NCBI RefSeq assembly: GCF_001447785.1
Contig: NW_015164680.1
Coordinates: 793,980 to 857,979 of the forward strand
Direction of reading: 5' to 3'
Origin: Gekko japonicus
Lineage: Eukaryota
Length of the DNA: 64,000 nt
Shown: positions 25,901 to 35,205 of the stretch, piece after piece
Layout of the letters: each line of letters opens with the position of its first letter
Position numbering within the stretch: the first letter of the stretch is position 1
Notes under the pieces: model-generated
Told to the model about the DNA's origin: nothing
Databases searched by the model: none
The model's input: the letters and a program-made list of their open reading frames with translations, nothing else
Translations under genes and position numbers: made by a program

Positions 25901-28900
25901 CGGGCAACTCTGCCACTGGGAAATCCAACCCCAGTCGCTTAGGGAGTTCACGAATATGTTGTGTCTTCCCGTTAATGGCCAGACACTCAGAAAAGGCAGA
26001 GCTGCCCTTACCTGAATCGCCCATACAAGCCCCATCTCGTCAGATCTCGGAAGCTAAGTAGGGCCGACCCTGGCAAGTACTTGGAAGGGTGACCTCCAAT
26101 GAATACCAGGGCTGGGACGCAGAGGCATCCAATAATAATCCACTCCTCTGAAACATCCAAGCTCCACTAGGGGTCGCCAGACGTCAACCATAAATCCCAG
26201 TCATACACACCCATGCAAAATCTCACCAAAGAAAAAGGGAAAGGCAGAGCTGACAACGGCATGAGAAAGGATCGTACTTTTCATGAGCACTAGAAGATCA
26301 GGGGTAGAGACTGGTGACTCTCTCTGCAGAACAGCAGCTTGAAGAGTGTCTTAAGCCAAAGAGGACGATGGAGATATGGGAGAGCAAGTGAGCCGGTCGG
26401 AAGGGGAGGAACGATGACCCAAAAGAGTGAGCACGGACTTGTGCCAGGAGAGAGGGGATCTGGTTTGTTTTCAATTTTTCCATTCTGTGGATTCTAGGCC
26501 TCCCCGAAGCTGGCGAAGAGGGTGATGGTGTTGGGGCTGCTGAAGAAGATGTCAGTGAGCCCTTAATGGGTGGGAGCGACAACTACGACGAAGATGATCA
26601 AAATTACACCGTTCAGACTGCTGATCCGAGCAGTATCCCCCAACCCAAAGCTATTGGGTTTTTCCAGGCTTGTTGCCTGCCCGGTGTGATGTTGGTAAGG
26701 GATCCCTCTACCTTATATGTTGTCGAAGGCTTTCACAGCCGGAGTTCATTAGTTGCTGTAGATTATCCGGGATGTGTGGCCGTGGTCTTGGCATTGTAGA
26801 ACCTGACGTTTCAACTAATGATCCCTCTACCTATGTAATCTGAACACACCATGATGTTTTCCCTGGAGAATGCTGTAAGGCTCTAGTGAGAACAGGGCAG
26901 TGTCTCTCAATGCTTAGAGGAATTTATTTAACTTTGAGGTGCCTGGGTTGCCTGGGGTGTGTGTGTGAGAGAGAGAGCCTTTTCTGCATGCAAATCGTGC
27001 GCACTGCATTTTCTGTAGAAGGGCGATCAGTTTGTTCAGAGTTTCCCATTTTATCCTCCCCATGGTCCCATGAAGGCTTAAAGCCAACCAGGCAAGTTTC
27101 ATGGCAGAGCAGGGATTTGAACTAGCACCCCCTCCCCCGGAGGGCTTCCCGTCCAGCGCTCTGTCTGCCCAGCTCCCTGATGGTTTCTCCCTTTGGTCCT
27201 TCTTTCAGTATTCCTTGGCCTACGCCTGCTTGAAACTGGTGAACTACTCCTTCTTCTTCTGGCTGCCCTTCTACCTCAGCAGCAACTTTGGGTGGAAGGA
27301 GGCAGAAGCCGACAGGCTCTCCATCTGGTACGATGTCGGGGGGATTGTAGGTACGTGAAGCAAACTTCAGCTTTGGCTTTCTTGGGGCCTGGAAACTTAT
27401 ACTGGGGAAATGGGGGGGTCCCGACTCTGACAGTTTTTTTTTGGGTTGTCTTCACACCAAAACTCCCGACGATGGTTTAATCCCGCTTTTAAACCCTGGC
27501 TTGTCAGCAAGAAACAGTCCTTAGTGTGTTAGAAGTGACCGTGTTCATGCATTGCAACAAACTGTGGTCAGATTGAAGACTTCCTGTTCAGTCTCTGTTT
27601 GCATAGAGGAAGAGGAAAAAGGAGGCCGGGGGAGAAGTGCCTAAGTCTGAGAATGTACCAGACTTTGTTCATGATGTCTTAATGTACCCTCCTAGAAAGC
27701 TGTGATATCTTACTCCAGGTGAAACTGCAAGGCTGCTTAGGATGTTACCACCCCCCCCCCCAATGCCCTCTGCATTCATCAAATCATAAAGTTGGAAGGG
27801 ACCTCCAGGGTCATGTAGTCCAACCCCCGGCACAATGCAGGAAATTCACAAATACCCCCCTGCACCCCAGTGACCCCTGCTCCACGCCCAGATGATGACA
27901 CACACACAAACACCTCCAGGATCTCCAGCCAAATTGGCCTGGAGAAAAACTGCTTCCTGACCCCAAAGTGGCGATCAGCATTTCCCTGGGTGTATAAGAA
28001 GGGGCCACAAGAACTAAGCACTGGTGCAACCCTTCCTGCCCTCCCTCTCATGATCCACCTAAGTTCACAGAATCAGCATTGCTGTCAGATGGCCATCTAG
28101 CCTCTGTTCGAAAACCTCCAAAGAAGGAGAGTCCACCACCTACCGAGGAAGCCTGTTCCACTGAGGAACAACTCTAACTGTCAAAAAGTTCTTCCTAATG
28201 TTTAGCCGAAAACTCTTCTGATTTAATTTCAACCCATTGGTTCTGGTCCAACCTTCTGGGGCAACAGGAAACAACTCTGCACCATCCTCTATATGACAGC
28301 CCTTCAAGGACTTGAAGATGGTTATATCCCCTCCTGACTTGAAGGTCCTGTGTTCCCTTTGTTTCTGCAGGTGGCACCATCCAAGGCTTAATCTCTGATA
28401 TGCTGCAGAAGAGAGCTCCGGTGCTAGCCATTAGCCTCATCTTGGCGGTTGGGTCTCTCTTTGGATACAGCCGTGAGTCCTTTCCTGCTTTGGATGGGGA
28501 GTTGGGGGGGGGGTGCAGGCTGCTTGTCATCTTATCCAGAAACTGTAAACCAGAGCAGTTAAGTCTCAAAATGCAAGACTTTTTCTTTTGCTTTCTGGTT
28601 AATTTTGACCTGGCCATACAAAGCAGTCCACCCTAAGGATTTGCCCAGTTTCTATTTAAGCACTTAACTCCCTAAGAAATGAGAGAATTTTCCAGCCTAG
28701 GAGTGTCAGGTCACTGTTCTTGCAGGAGCCTGTCCTGCAAAGTCCGTCAGTGTGAGCCGAGCCGAATTGGAGGGGGTAGAGAGCCTTTACCGCTGTGGCA
28801 GATACGTGTTTTAAGGTTCTCATTCCCTCTTCCAGTGATGAATTCTGACTCTTGGGGGGCTTCGCTTTTTCTTCCCCATCTCTCTAGGGTCACCAAACAA

Positions 28901-31900
28901 CAAAGTCATCAATGCCGTTATCATGGCTGTCACAGGTAAGAGATCAGTGCGGCTTTTTCAGTATCCCTTTTAGACCTAGTGTCAGCAGAGGTAACACATA
29001 CTGGTACTGGCAGCCTCAAGAGCGGGGGCTCCTGATAATATAGGCCTACTAAAGGTGCAGCCCAGCAAGATTCTGTTCATTCTGTAAGGCTGTGGCAGTC
29101 AAATCTGGTGCCCCTCAGCATCAAGGAGAGAGGCTGCATAAGTCAAAGAGGCACTTTGGCGAGCAGTGCTGCTAAGAGCATTAGAAGGGTTGCTTCCGAT
29201 GCAAAAGTTTATCTCTAGCACCAGCCAGATGCCTCCGGGACGTCTGCAAGAGGGACACGCAGGCCAAAGCCTCCCCTTCCCCCGTTGTGTTCCCCAGCAG
29301 CTGGAATTTGTAGACTTATTACCTCTGATCATCTCACCTGTATAATTTTGTCCGCCCTTCCTCTGGGAAGTTCTGAGCAGTAATATGTGTATAACACACG
29401 CCCCCTTTATATTCACGGTACCGTGAGGGTCTGCGTGAAGTGCCTGGTCAGAGCTGCTTATAATTTTTCTGACCAGCCCGCTATACAAATCTACAGAAGT
29501 CTCTTCAGGGTATTTGTTTTACTTCTTTGTCAAGGGTATTTGTAAGGACCACTGCTAGTGTATTTGCTTCACCATTAAACAGTTAGGCACCACGGCTTGT
29601 TAACTTCAAAACAGAACAGGCTTTATTTACAGAAAACACAACAGGGGGATAGAAGCTTTACACGGAGGATAATTTGTTTCTTTTCGGGCTGAACTTGGTT
29701 TTTACTTAGGCAGAATGCTTGCTGCTTTTACTTTAACACAGATGTTAAACAGTTCACTACACCCTCTGATGATCACACCCTCCTGTACGAGTGGTGGATG
29801 GTTGATGGGCAGCAGAAGTTTGAATGGTGGTAGATGGTCGAAGGGTGGTAGAATTTTGAAGAGCAGTGAACGGTTGAAGGCTGGTAGAAGTTTGAAGGGT
29901 GGTGGAGAGTCGACGGGTGGTAGAAGTTTGAATGGTGGTGGACGGTCCAGTGGTGGTAGAAGTTTGAAGAGTGGTAGATGGTTGAAGGGTGGTAGAAGTC
30001 TGAAGGGCAGTGGATGGTCGAAGGGTGGTAGAAGTTTGAAGGGCAGCAGTTGGTTGAAGGGTGGTAGACATCTGAAGGACAGCAGATGGTTGAAGAGTGG
30101 CAGAAGTTTGAAGGGTATCATATGGTATAAAAGTGATAGAAGTCTGAAGGGTGGTGGTTGGTCGAAGGGTTTTTGCTTCCACTGTGATATGTCTGGCATC
30201 ACTACACTCTGAAAGATATGTGTAAAATCAGATCACTGACTTCTTGTACCAACAGTATTAGAATATCTTAACCAAATCTTAACCAAACCTTAACCAAACA
30301 AAGCCAGTTTGGTGTAGTGGTTAAGTGCGCGGACTCTAATCTGGGAGAACCGGGTTTGATTCCCCACTCCTCCACTTGCACCTGGCTGGATGACCTTGGG
30401 CAAGCCGTAGCTCTGATAAGAGCTGTCCTTGAAAAAGAGCAGTTTCTGTCAAGAGCTCTCTCAGCCCCACCTCCCTCACACGGTGTCTGTTGTGGGGAGG
30501 GGAAGGGAAAGGAGTTTGTAAGCCGCTCTGAGACACCTTTGGGTAGTGAAGGGCGGGGTATAAATCCAATCTCTTCTTCTCAGCAATTCAGGCATTCTCA
30601 CCACCCCCCATTTTACATGGTCCAATAGACATCTCCCAGCTCCATGTTGTCAGCTGCCGAGCAGTGCATGGTGTTGGTGTGGGGAGGCCTGGCAGAGCCT
30701 CTGAACTATCCACCTACCTGGTTACCTCTGGTAAATACGTTCTGCCTCCAGGCAACCAGCCCAAGGGTCTATTGTAAACTGGAAGAATCAGTTCTTTGTT
30801 CTTTCAGCCACCGCCATGTAGACTGGGGAAATGAGAAGAGGCAGTAATTTTTTTGTGGGTCTCTTTGTGGTAGTTTCCTATTCCTTATGCTCTCTCCTAG
30901 TGTTCTTATCCATCTCCCAGGCAGGGCTGAACTTTAGAGAACAAAATACTGGAGATATTGGGAAAGTCTGGCGAGTTGACACAGCTGGGCAGCTGTCAAT
31001 TCAGTGGCTCCTTACTGGGGGGGGTGACCTTGCAACGGGCACTGTCTTTAATTTAGGCAGACCTACCTCACAAAAACGGGAGATGTTTGTTGCCTCAAGC
31101 TCCTTGAGGGAAGGACACAATGGAAACATATGGCAGAACAGATATATTCCCAAACTTATCAGCCTAGCTGTACAAAAGAAGCAACAACTGGAAAGGGTTG
31201 TTATGAAGGGATGTGGCGTGATGTGAGGCTCTTTGAACCAAACTGATATATCCGGAACTGAAGCTCTCTGAGGCTGTTAAGGGCGGGAAAACATGAGAGT
31301 GTTGCCTGTAAGCTGTGTCAAGGGAACATGTAGAGGCAGGGAAAATGTCCTGGTAGAATGGGGCTGGCACATTGCTGGTAGCGCAGTCGCAGATGGAGGT
31401 AATGGTTTAAAAGAATAATCCACTTTTAATCTGGATTTTGTACAGCTGGGAAAGTCCACTAGAGAATGAAGTTGTGGTGGAAGTAAGGCAATGCCCTTTT
31501 AAACTGAGTACGATATTAGAGTGCCTGTGTTTTATTTTAACTAAAGTTTCAAAGTGCTTTTTAGCATGTTTCAAAGGTACCCTTTTGAATTCCCCATGGA
31601 AATCCCTTTAAAAAAAATGCTGCTAGTTGTGTGGATGTGATGCCTGGATTGGGTTTTTAGTGGTGTAAAAGGGACCCTGGAGAGAATCCCTGCCCCCCCT
31701 TTGACCAGGGGCCTTTGGTGTCTGCAGGGAGCCCTGATCCTGGGTGGCATCCTCCAAGGCCCCCAGACTGGAGGGGGGTGGTTACGGTTTGGCTAGCCTG
31801 AAAATCTTTCCATGCTCACTTCCGAGGCTGGGAAAAGGCCATGGTTTTTGAAAGCAGAACGAGGCACTCCTAAGTCCTTCTGTTGAGCACGCTGCTGTCA

Positions 31901-34900
31901 CACGCTGCGAAGTAGAAGGGTAATCCTACCAAACGCTCCCAGGTTTGTTCAGGGAAGCCCTCCCTGGGAATCACGCAAATGGTGCTGCCTGTGCCAACAC
32001 GGCCATTGCTCCGTAGTGGTTGCCAAGCCCACGTAATGAAGACGGTGTCCTTGGTTAGTGAAGCAATGCATGGTCTAACTGCAGATGGTACACAACTGTG
32101 TTAGAAGAGACACTTCCCTTTCTGGATGTGGGAAAGCCTCGTCTATACCTGCTCCTTTCCTCTTAGGAGCTCACGGTGACACACATAAACCCTCTCTCAT
32201 CCTCAAAAGTGCCTTGTGAGGTTGCTGATTTAGGCGGAGAGCGTGACCGTCCCAAGGCCACTCTCTGAGCTAAGTTGGGGGGCTTGAACCTGGTCATCTG
32301 GGTCCAATCCAACACTCTAGCCCAGTGACACTCACTCAGTGGCTCAGGAGCCACAGGTTCCCCAGTGTGGCACCTGCCTCATATTTCAGGAGAGTGGGCA
32401 AGGGTCCTTGGCTGGTGGGGCTTGTGACTGGCAGGCGATTCAAACCTTCAAATGGCCACTGGCAAAGGAACGGGCAAGCTGTGAGCCTCCCTGAGGTGCA
32501 GGCCTCATGGCAGGGATGGAAGCAAGTGTGGCTCTTTTGGTCAGTGGTAACTGGGAAATGTGGCTGTCCGCAAAGCTGTGGATGGGGTACCACTGCTCTA
32601 GCCACTGTACCAGGCCGGCCTTCCTCTGAAGATGTCTACGGCACACAACCGTGCCACATCTTTGGTTTGCATCCTGTACTTTTTTTCTGCCCTCGCCTGG
32701 ATAGCTCAGGCTGGCCCAGTCCCATCAGACCTCAGGAGCTAAGAAGGGTCAACCTTGGTCAGTATTTGGAGGGGAGACCTCCGAGGAAGTCCAGAGTCGT
32801 AGAACAGAGGCAGGCAATGGCGAACCACCTCTGAACGTCTCTCACCTTGAAAACCCCATGGGGTTGCAATGAGTCGGCTGCGACTTGACTGCACTTTCCA
32901 CTCCACCCCCCCCCCACACACACACTTCTTCCTCATGTGGATTTACTCTGCTTCAGAAAGGGATTGAAACCTGTAGGATTAGGATTTCCATAATCACTTG
33001 CCAGCCCGAATGTTCATTCTGATTTTTAAAATTGTAACAATCTGAGTTCGTGTCCAGGGAAGGTTTTGAATTGCATGCTGCCTTCTGAAATGGCATTTTC
33101 ACAACACACAGATTCACGAGGCTGGATTACCGGCCCCAGTACTGAATTTCTCGCTTGAAGGGTTAATGTCACTTCCTTTCTGTGACTCTCCCGAGAATTC
33201 CATCAAAACTAATGGTTTGCATAGTAGTGTACTTAAAGTCCTCTGGCAGCCAATGGCTGTAACACGCAGAAGCATCGTCTCACAATCCAACAAAGGAAAA
33301 AAAAATTAAAGAACTGGTTTTGGAGGGAAACCTTGTGTGGTGCAAGAAGGTAATTAAGATTCTGGTGAAGTCGCGAGTTCCTGTAACAAAGCGCCAGGGG
33401 ATTCCTCTGGGGCTGTAGATGGCTGCCTCATTTTCAGGAAGGTTTTGAACAGGCCCCAGGAATTGTACCAAGAAACTTTATTGGTAGTGCTCTCTGGTGA
33501 GAGGGGGTGGGGGTGGGGTGAGTCCCCGCTTGCTTTATACTGTCTCTGGGGTGGTTTTCCCTTGATGAGCCAATCATTTGCCCCCTCGCATGAAGGCAGC
33601 GTTGATGGTTCTCCGCGCTGTCATGTTGGCCATTGTCTGACACTCACAATGGAAAACATCCTCTGTAGAATTAATCGTATCGAGTGTGTTCACCTTGCCC
33701 ATTCCCTAGTTTTTTAACTTCCCCATTGCCTCAGGAACCGGGGCTTTGTGTCTGACAAATTGCTTCCTCCTTTACCTGAGTTATCGGTGACAATCCATTT
33801 CCATAGCAACCAGCTGAGATTCCACGAGTTGGGCTTTCTCCCCTAGTGGGAACCAAGCAGGTGGAGTATGCTGAAAATCTCAACAACAATAAAAGAAATA
33901 ATACAGAGAAGATGCGACTCCCCCCTTCCTTCGTTTGACCTGTCTGCGCTGTTGGAAACAAAGGGAGTGACAGAATGCTTCAGGGCAGAATCTATACATA
34001 GGTTTTTTTGATTTTACACACACAGGAGTGATAAAGCTCCCAAGAAATGCTTTCTGCATACAATTTAACATATTTGTGTTCTTTAAATGAGTGTTCCAGA
34101 ACTCTTTGGGTTTTGCATCTAAAGCTGCACATCCTTTAGGAAGCTGACTAGTGGTTTTGTTCTTATGTTAAATTCAATTTTAGTTTATGAAGCTGCATCA
34201 ACGTTTTGCGAAGTATAGAGATTTTTTTAAAAAATGAGGGGGAAACCTGGGGTAGCTCTATGGCAGAGCATGAAGAAAGAAGAAAAAGTCTCATTTGTGT
34301 GTTCTGCATCCCTTGATGGCCTTTCAACTCTCGAATGTGTTGTGTTTCTGTTTCAGTACCTGGTGTCCTTGATCCAAGAAAAGCTGGGATGGATGTGGGT
34401 TTTCTATTTCTTCATTTTAATGGTAAGGACCTTACTGCTGGATAACAGGTGGCAGCAGTGCCTTTCACCAGCTTCATTCCTTCCGGAGAGGGGGGAAGGG
34501 ATGGGCAGACGGACATCTAGATTAGATTACTACAATGTGCTCTACATGAGGCTGGCCTTGAAGATTGTTCAGAAACTACATTTAGTACAGAATGCTGTGG
34601 CCAGAATGCTGACTGACGTGGGTTGTGGGGACCATATCACTCCTGTCTTGTTCCCTCTACATGAGCTCCCAGTTTGTTTCCCAGGCCCAGTTCAGGGTAA
34701 TGATATTGACCCTTAAAGCCCTGTACTGCTTGGGGCCAGCATACTTTAAGGACTGTCGTCTTCCATATGAACCCACCCATCCATTCCGGTCATCTTCAAA
34801 GGCCTTGCTTCAGGAGCCCTGGCCATCTGAGGCTTGACAGGTGTCAACCTGAGAAAGGGCCTTCTTGGTGGTGGCATCAAAACTTTAGAACGCTCTCCCC

Positions 34901-35205
34901 AGGGAGATTCATCTGTCACCCTCTGTTGTTGTCTTCCACCAGCAGGTGAAGACTTTTTTGGTTTTTGTTTGGCACACCCACAACAACTGTTTTGATTGGC
35001 ATACCCAATCTCTTTTTCTACTGTGTGAAATAACTGTAGAACAGCTGCCAGAATGGCTTTGAACTGCACTGTGCCCTGGTCTCATGGTCCTTAATTCCAT
35101 TTCTTTTCACAGACGAGTTCAACCGTCCTGTTCATCACACCATTGATTGTGAGGGAAATAAGTGCGCTGCTGAGAGAGAGACCCGCACTCAGGTTGGCTG
35201 GCTGA
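13812..35205 (+). CDS. SLC37A3: SLC37A3 sugar phosphate exchanger 3 (MFS), spliced CDS join(13812-13906,15479-15593,19424-19516,21570-21653,23102-23247,23527-23623,23949-24033,26498-26694,27209-27350,28371-28472,28888-28935,[exon 13 not found],34357-34422,35113-35205)
   Basis: Exon translations match recalled vertebrate SLC37A3 (HHHVAVFLLTFFSYSLLHASRKTFSNVK, NGLLQSTGWPCVVAVMG, YSLAYACLKLVNYSFFFWLPFYL, LGWMWVFYFFILM). All introns are GT-AG and phases are consistent except across the missing exon. Confidence 0.96.
14490..14715 (+). mobile_element. 5S rRNA-derived SINE with (CA)n tail
   Basis: GCCCGATCTTGTCAGATCTCGGAAGTTAAGCAGGG...GGGAGACC resembles the 5S internal promoter region; other copies at about 26000-26215, 32690-32925, 2650-2850, and on the minus strand 990-1120 and 60440-60610. 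Confidence 0.75.
15479..15593 (+). CDS. SLC37A3: SLC37A3 exon 3: (S)YSLLHASRKTFSNVKVSISSQWTPSDLNDTALKLQPYE
   Basis: attcccag| acceptor, |gtgagg donor, homology. Confidence 0.95.
15886..16295 (+). mobile_element. Two adjacent copies of a second tRNA-derived SINE family
   Basis: GGGGCCATGGCTCAATGGTAGA...GGTTCAATTCCC head; related copies at 1-100, 7079-7292, 7475-7650 and 18650-18840 (minus). Confidence 0.7.
16417..18155 (-). mobile_element. Ty3/Gypsy (sushi/Tf1-like) LTR retrotransposon, internally deleted and 3'-truncated: 5' LTR 17783-18155, gag 17731-16942 (frameshifted), protease C-terminus and RT N-terminus 16939-16417
   Basis: LTR termini TGTCAG...CCGACA with AATAAA; gag motif FNGNPDELSYF; protease motif LVLGAPWLHGHDP; RT motifs PKGRIY...GFIRPASSPFAAP...KKKDGG/LRLCTDYR. 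Confidence 0.92.
18878..19010. repeat. Palindromic (probably Penelope-derived) repeat; 96-nt imperfect hairpin 18915-19010
   Basis: CAAAGTTTGAGTCC...GGCACCTTTAAGA arms in inverted orientation; related copies at about 36685-36862 and 56605-56700. Confidence 0.6.
19424..19516 (+). CDS. SLC37A3: SLC37A3 exon 4: LWNSSHLFPNTGEATLFLGTLDTIFLFSYAV
   Basis: ccccgcag| acceptor, |gtgggt donor, homology. Confidence 0.95.
20161..20421 (+). mobile_element. Same tRNA-derived SINE family
   Basis: Alignment by eye to 8431-8702. Confidence 0.8.
21570..21653 (+). CDS. SLC37A3: SLC37A3 exon 5: GLFVSGIVGDRLNMRLVLSFGMCSSALV
   Basis: tttgtag| acceptor, |gtaagt donor, MFS motif A-like GIVGDRLN. Confidence 0.95.
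22450..22698. mobile_element. MITE-like repeat with AGGGTTGCCA...TGGCA(A/T)CC(C/T)T ends
   Basis: Homologous copies at about 46676-46885, 47611-48185 (LTR-interrupted), 49206-49320, 56475-56602 and 61469-61688. Confidence 0.65.
23102..23247 (+). CDS. SLC37A3: SLC37A3 exon 6: VFVFGTVSEWLHFYHKWFYCCLWIVNGLLQSTGWPCVVAVMGKWFGKAG
   Basis: tgtccag| acceptor, |gtatgt donor, homology. Confidence 0.96.
23527..23623 (+). CDS. SLC37A3: SLC37A3 exon 7: RGFVFGLWSACASVGNILGAFLASSVLQYGYE
   Basis: gcccag| acceptor, |gtgggt donor, homology. Confidence 0.96.
23949..24033 (+). CDS. SLC37A3: SLC37A3 exon 8: YAFLVTASVQFAGGVIVFFGLVTSPKEV(G)
   Basis: actccag| acceptor, |gtgagt donor, homology. Confidence 0.95.
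24527..24822 (-). mobile_element. CR1 LINE 3' end
   Basis: CATAAGAACAT tail; matches 56161-56473. Confidence 0.8.
25605..25868 (+). mobile_element. Same tRNA-derived SINE family
   Basis: Alignment by eye. Confidence 0.8.
26498..26694 (+). CDS. SLC37A3: SLC37A3 exon 9 (acidic central loop): LPEAGEEGDG...PKAIGFFQACCLPGVML
   Basis: attctag| acceptor, |gtaagg donor, homology in the 3' half. Confidence 0.93.
26714..26819. mobile_element. Short Penelope-like fragment flanked by a 13-bp direct repeat
   Basis: GTTGTCGAAGGCTTTCACAGCCGG...CCTGACGTTTC; GATCCCTCTACCT at 26701-26713 and 26820-26832. Confidence 0.55.
27209..27350 (+). CDS. SLC37A3: SLC37A3 exon 10: YSLAYACLKLVNYSFFFWLPFYLSSNFGWKEAEADRLSIWYDVGGIV(G)
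   Basis: ctttcag| acceptor, |gtacgt donor, homology. Confidence 0.96.
27775..28335 (-). mobile_element. CR1 LINE 3' fragment (second subfamily)
   Basis: RT C-terminal motifs on the minus strand (AGGAAGAACTTTTTGACAGTTAGAG; WNRLPR); TTCCAACTTTATGATTT end. Confidence 0.8.
28371..28472 (+). CDS. SLC37A3: SLC37A3 exon 11: GTIQGLISDMLQKRAPVLAISLILAVGSLFGYS(R)
   Basis: ttctgcag| acceptor, |gtgagt donor, homology. Confidence 0.95.
28888..28935 (+). CDS. SLC37A3: SLC37A3 exon 12: SPNNKVINAVIMAVT(G), ends in phase 1
   Basis: tctctag| acceptor, |gtaaga donor, homology. Confidence 0.93.
29541..30254 (-). mobile_element. Solo LTR (714 bp) with internal tandem array
   Basis: TG...CA termini, perfect 5-bp TSD GTATT (29536-29540 / 30255-30259), minus-strand AATAAA near 29625. 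Confidence 0.75.
29790..30167. repeat. Minisatellite of 21 x 18-bp units alternating GGTGGTAGAAGTTTGAAG / GGTGGTAGATGGTYGAAG (36-bp higher-order period)
   Basis: Units counted directly; no indels. Confidence 0.93.
30302..30580 (+). mobile_element. Same tRNA-derived SINE family
   Basis: Alignment by eye. Confidence 0.8.
34357..34422 (+). CDS. SLC37A3: SLC37A3 exon 14: YLVSLIQEKLGWMWVFYFFILM (starts in phase 0)
   Basis: tttcag| acceptor, |gtaagg donor, near identity to recalled orthologues. Confidence 0.95.
34507..34980 (+). mobile_element. L2 LINE 3' fragment in intron 14
   Basis: SRLDYYNVLY...KLHLVQNAVARML...HITPVL motif. Confidence 0.8.
35113..35205 (+). CDS. SLC37A3: SLC37A3 last exon coding part: TSSTVLFITPLIVREISALLRERPALRLAG*
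   Basis: tttcacag| acceptor, PLIVREI motif, TGA 35203-35205. Confidence 0.93.
   Translation, partial: TSSTVLFITPLIVREISALLRERPALRLAG

Noticed and set aside
26000-26120. Functional 5S rRNA gene
   Set aside because: Diverged 5' and 3' ends, fused to a SINE body, no oligo-T terminator
29790-30167. CRISPR-like array
   Set aside because: Eukaryotic context, contiguous degenerate units with no unique spacers, no cas genes
29702-30212. Mucin-like / Pro-Leu-rich ORFs as host genes
   Set aside because: By-products of an 18-bp tandem array inside a TSD-flanked insertion; no splice or homology support
31943-32016. Candidate replacement for exon 13 (cag|GT TTG TTC..., GLFREALPG)
   Set aside because: No similarity beyond the first residues and an in-frame TAG; other AG sites checked (29508, 31727, 33437) also fail
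33797-33810. RFX X-box-like motif ATTTCCATAGCAAC
   Set aside because: A single 14-mer without conservation data is not sufficient evidence
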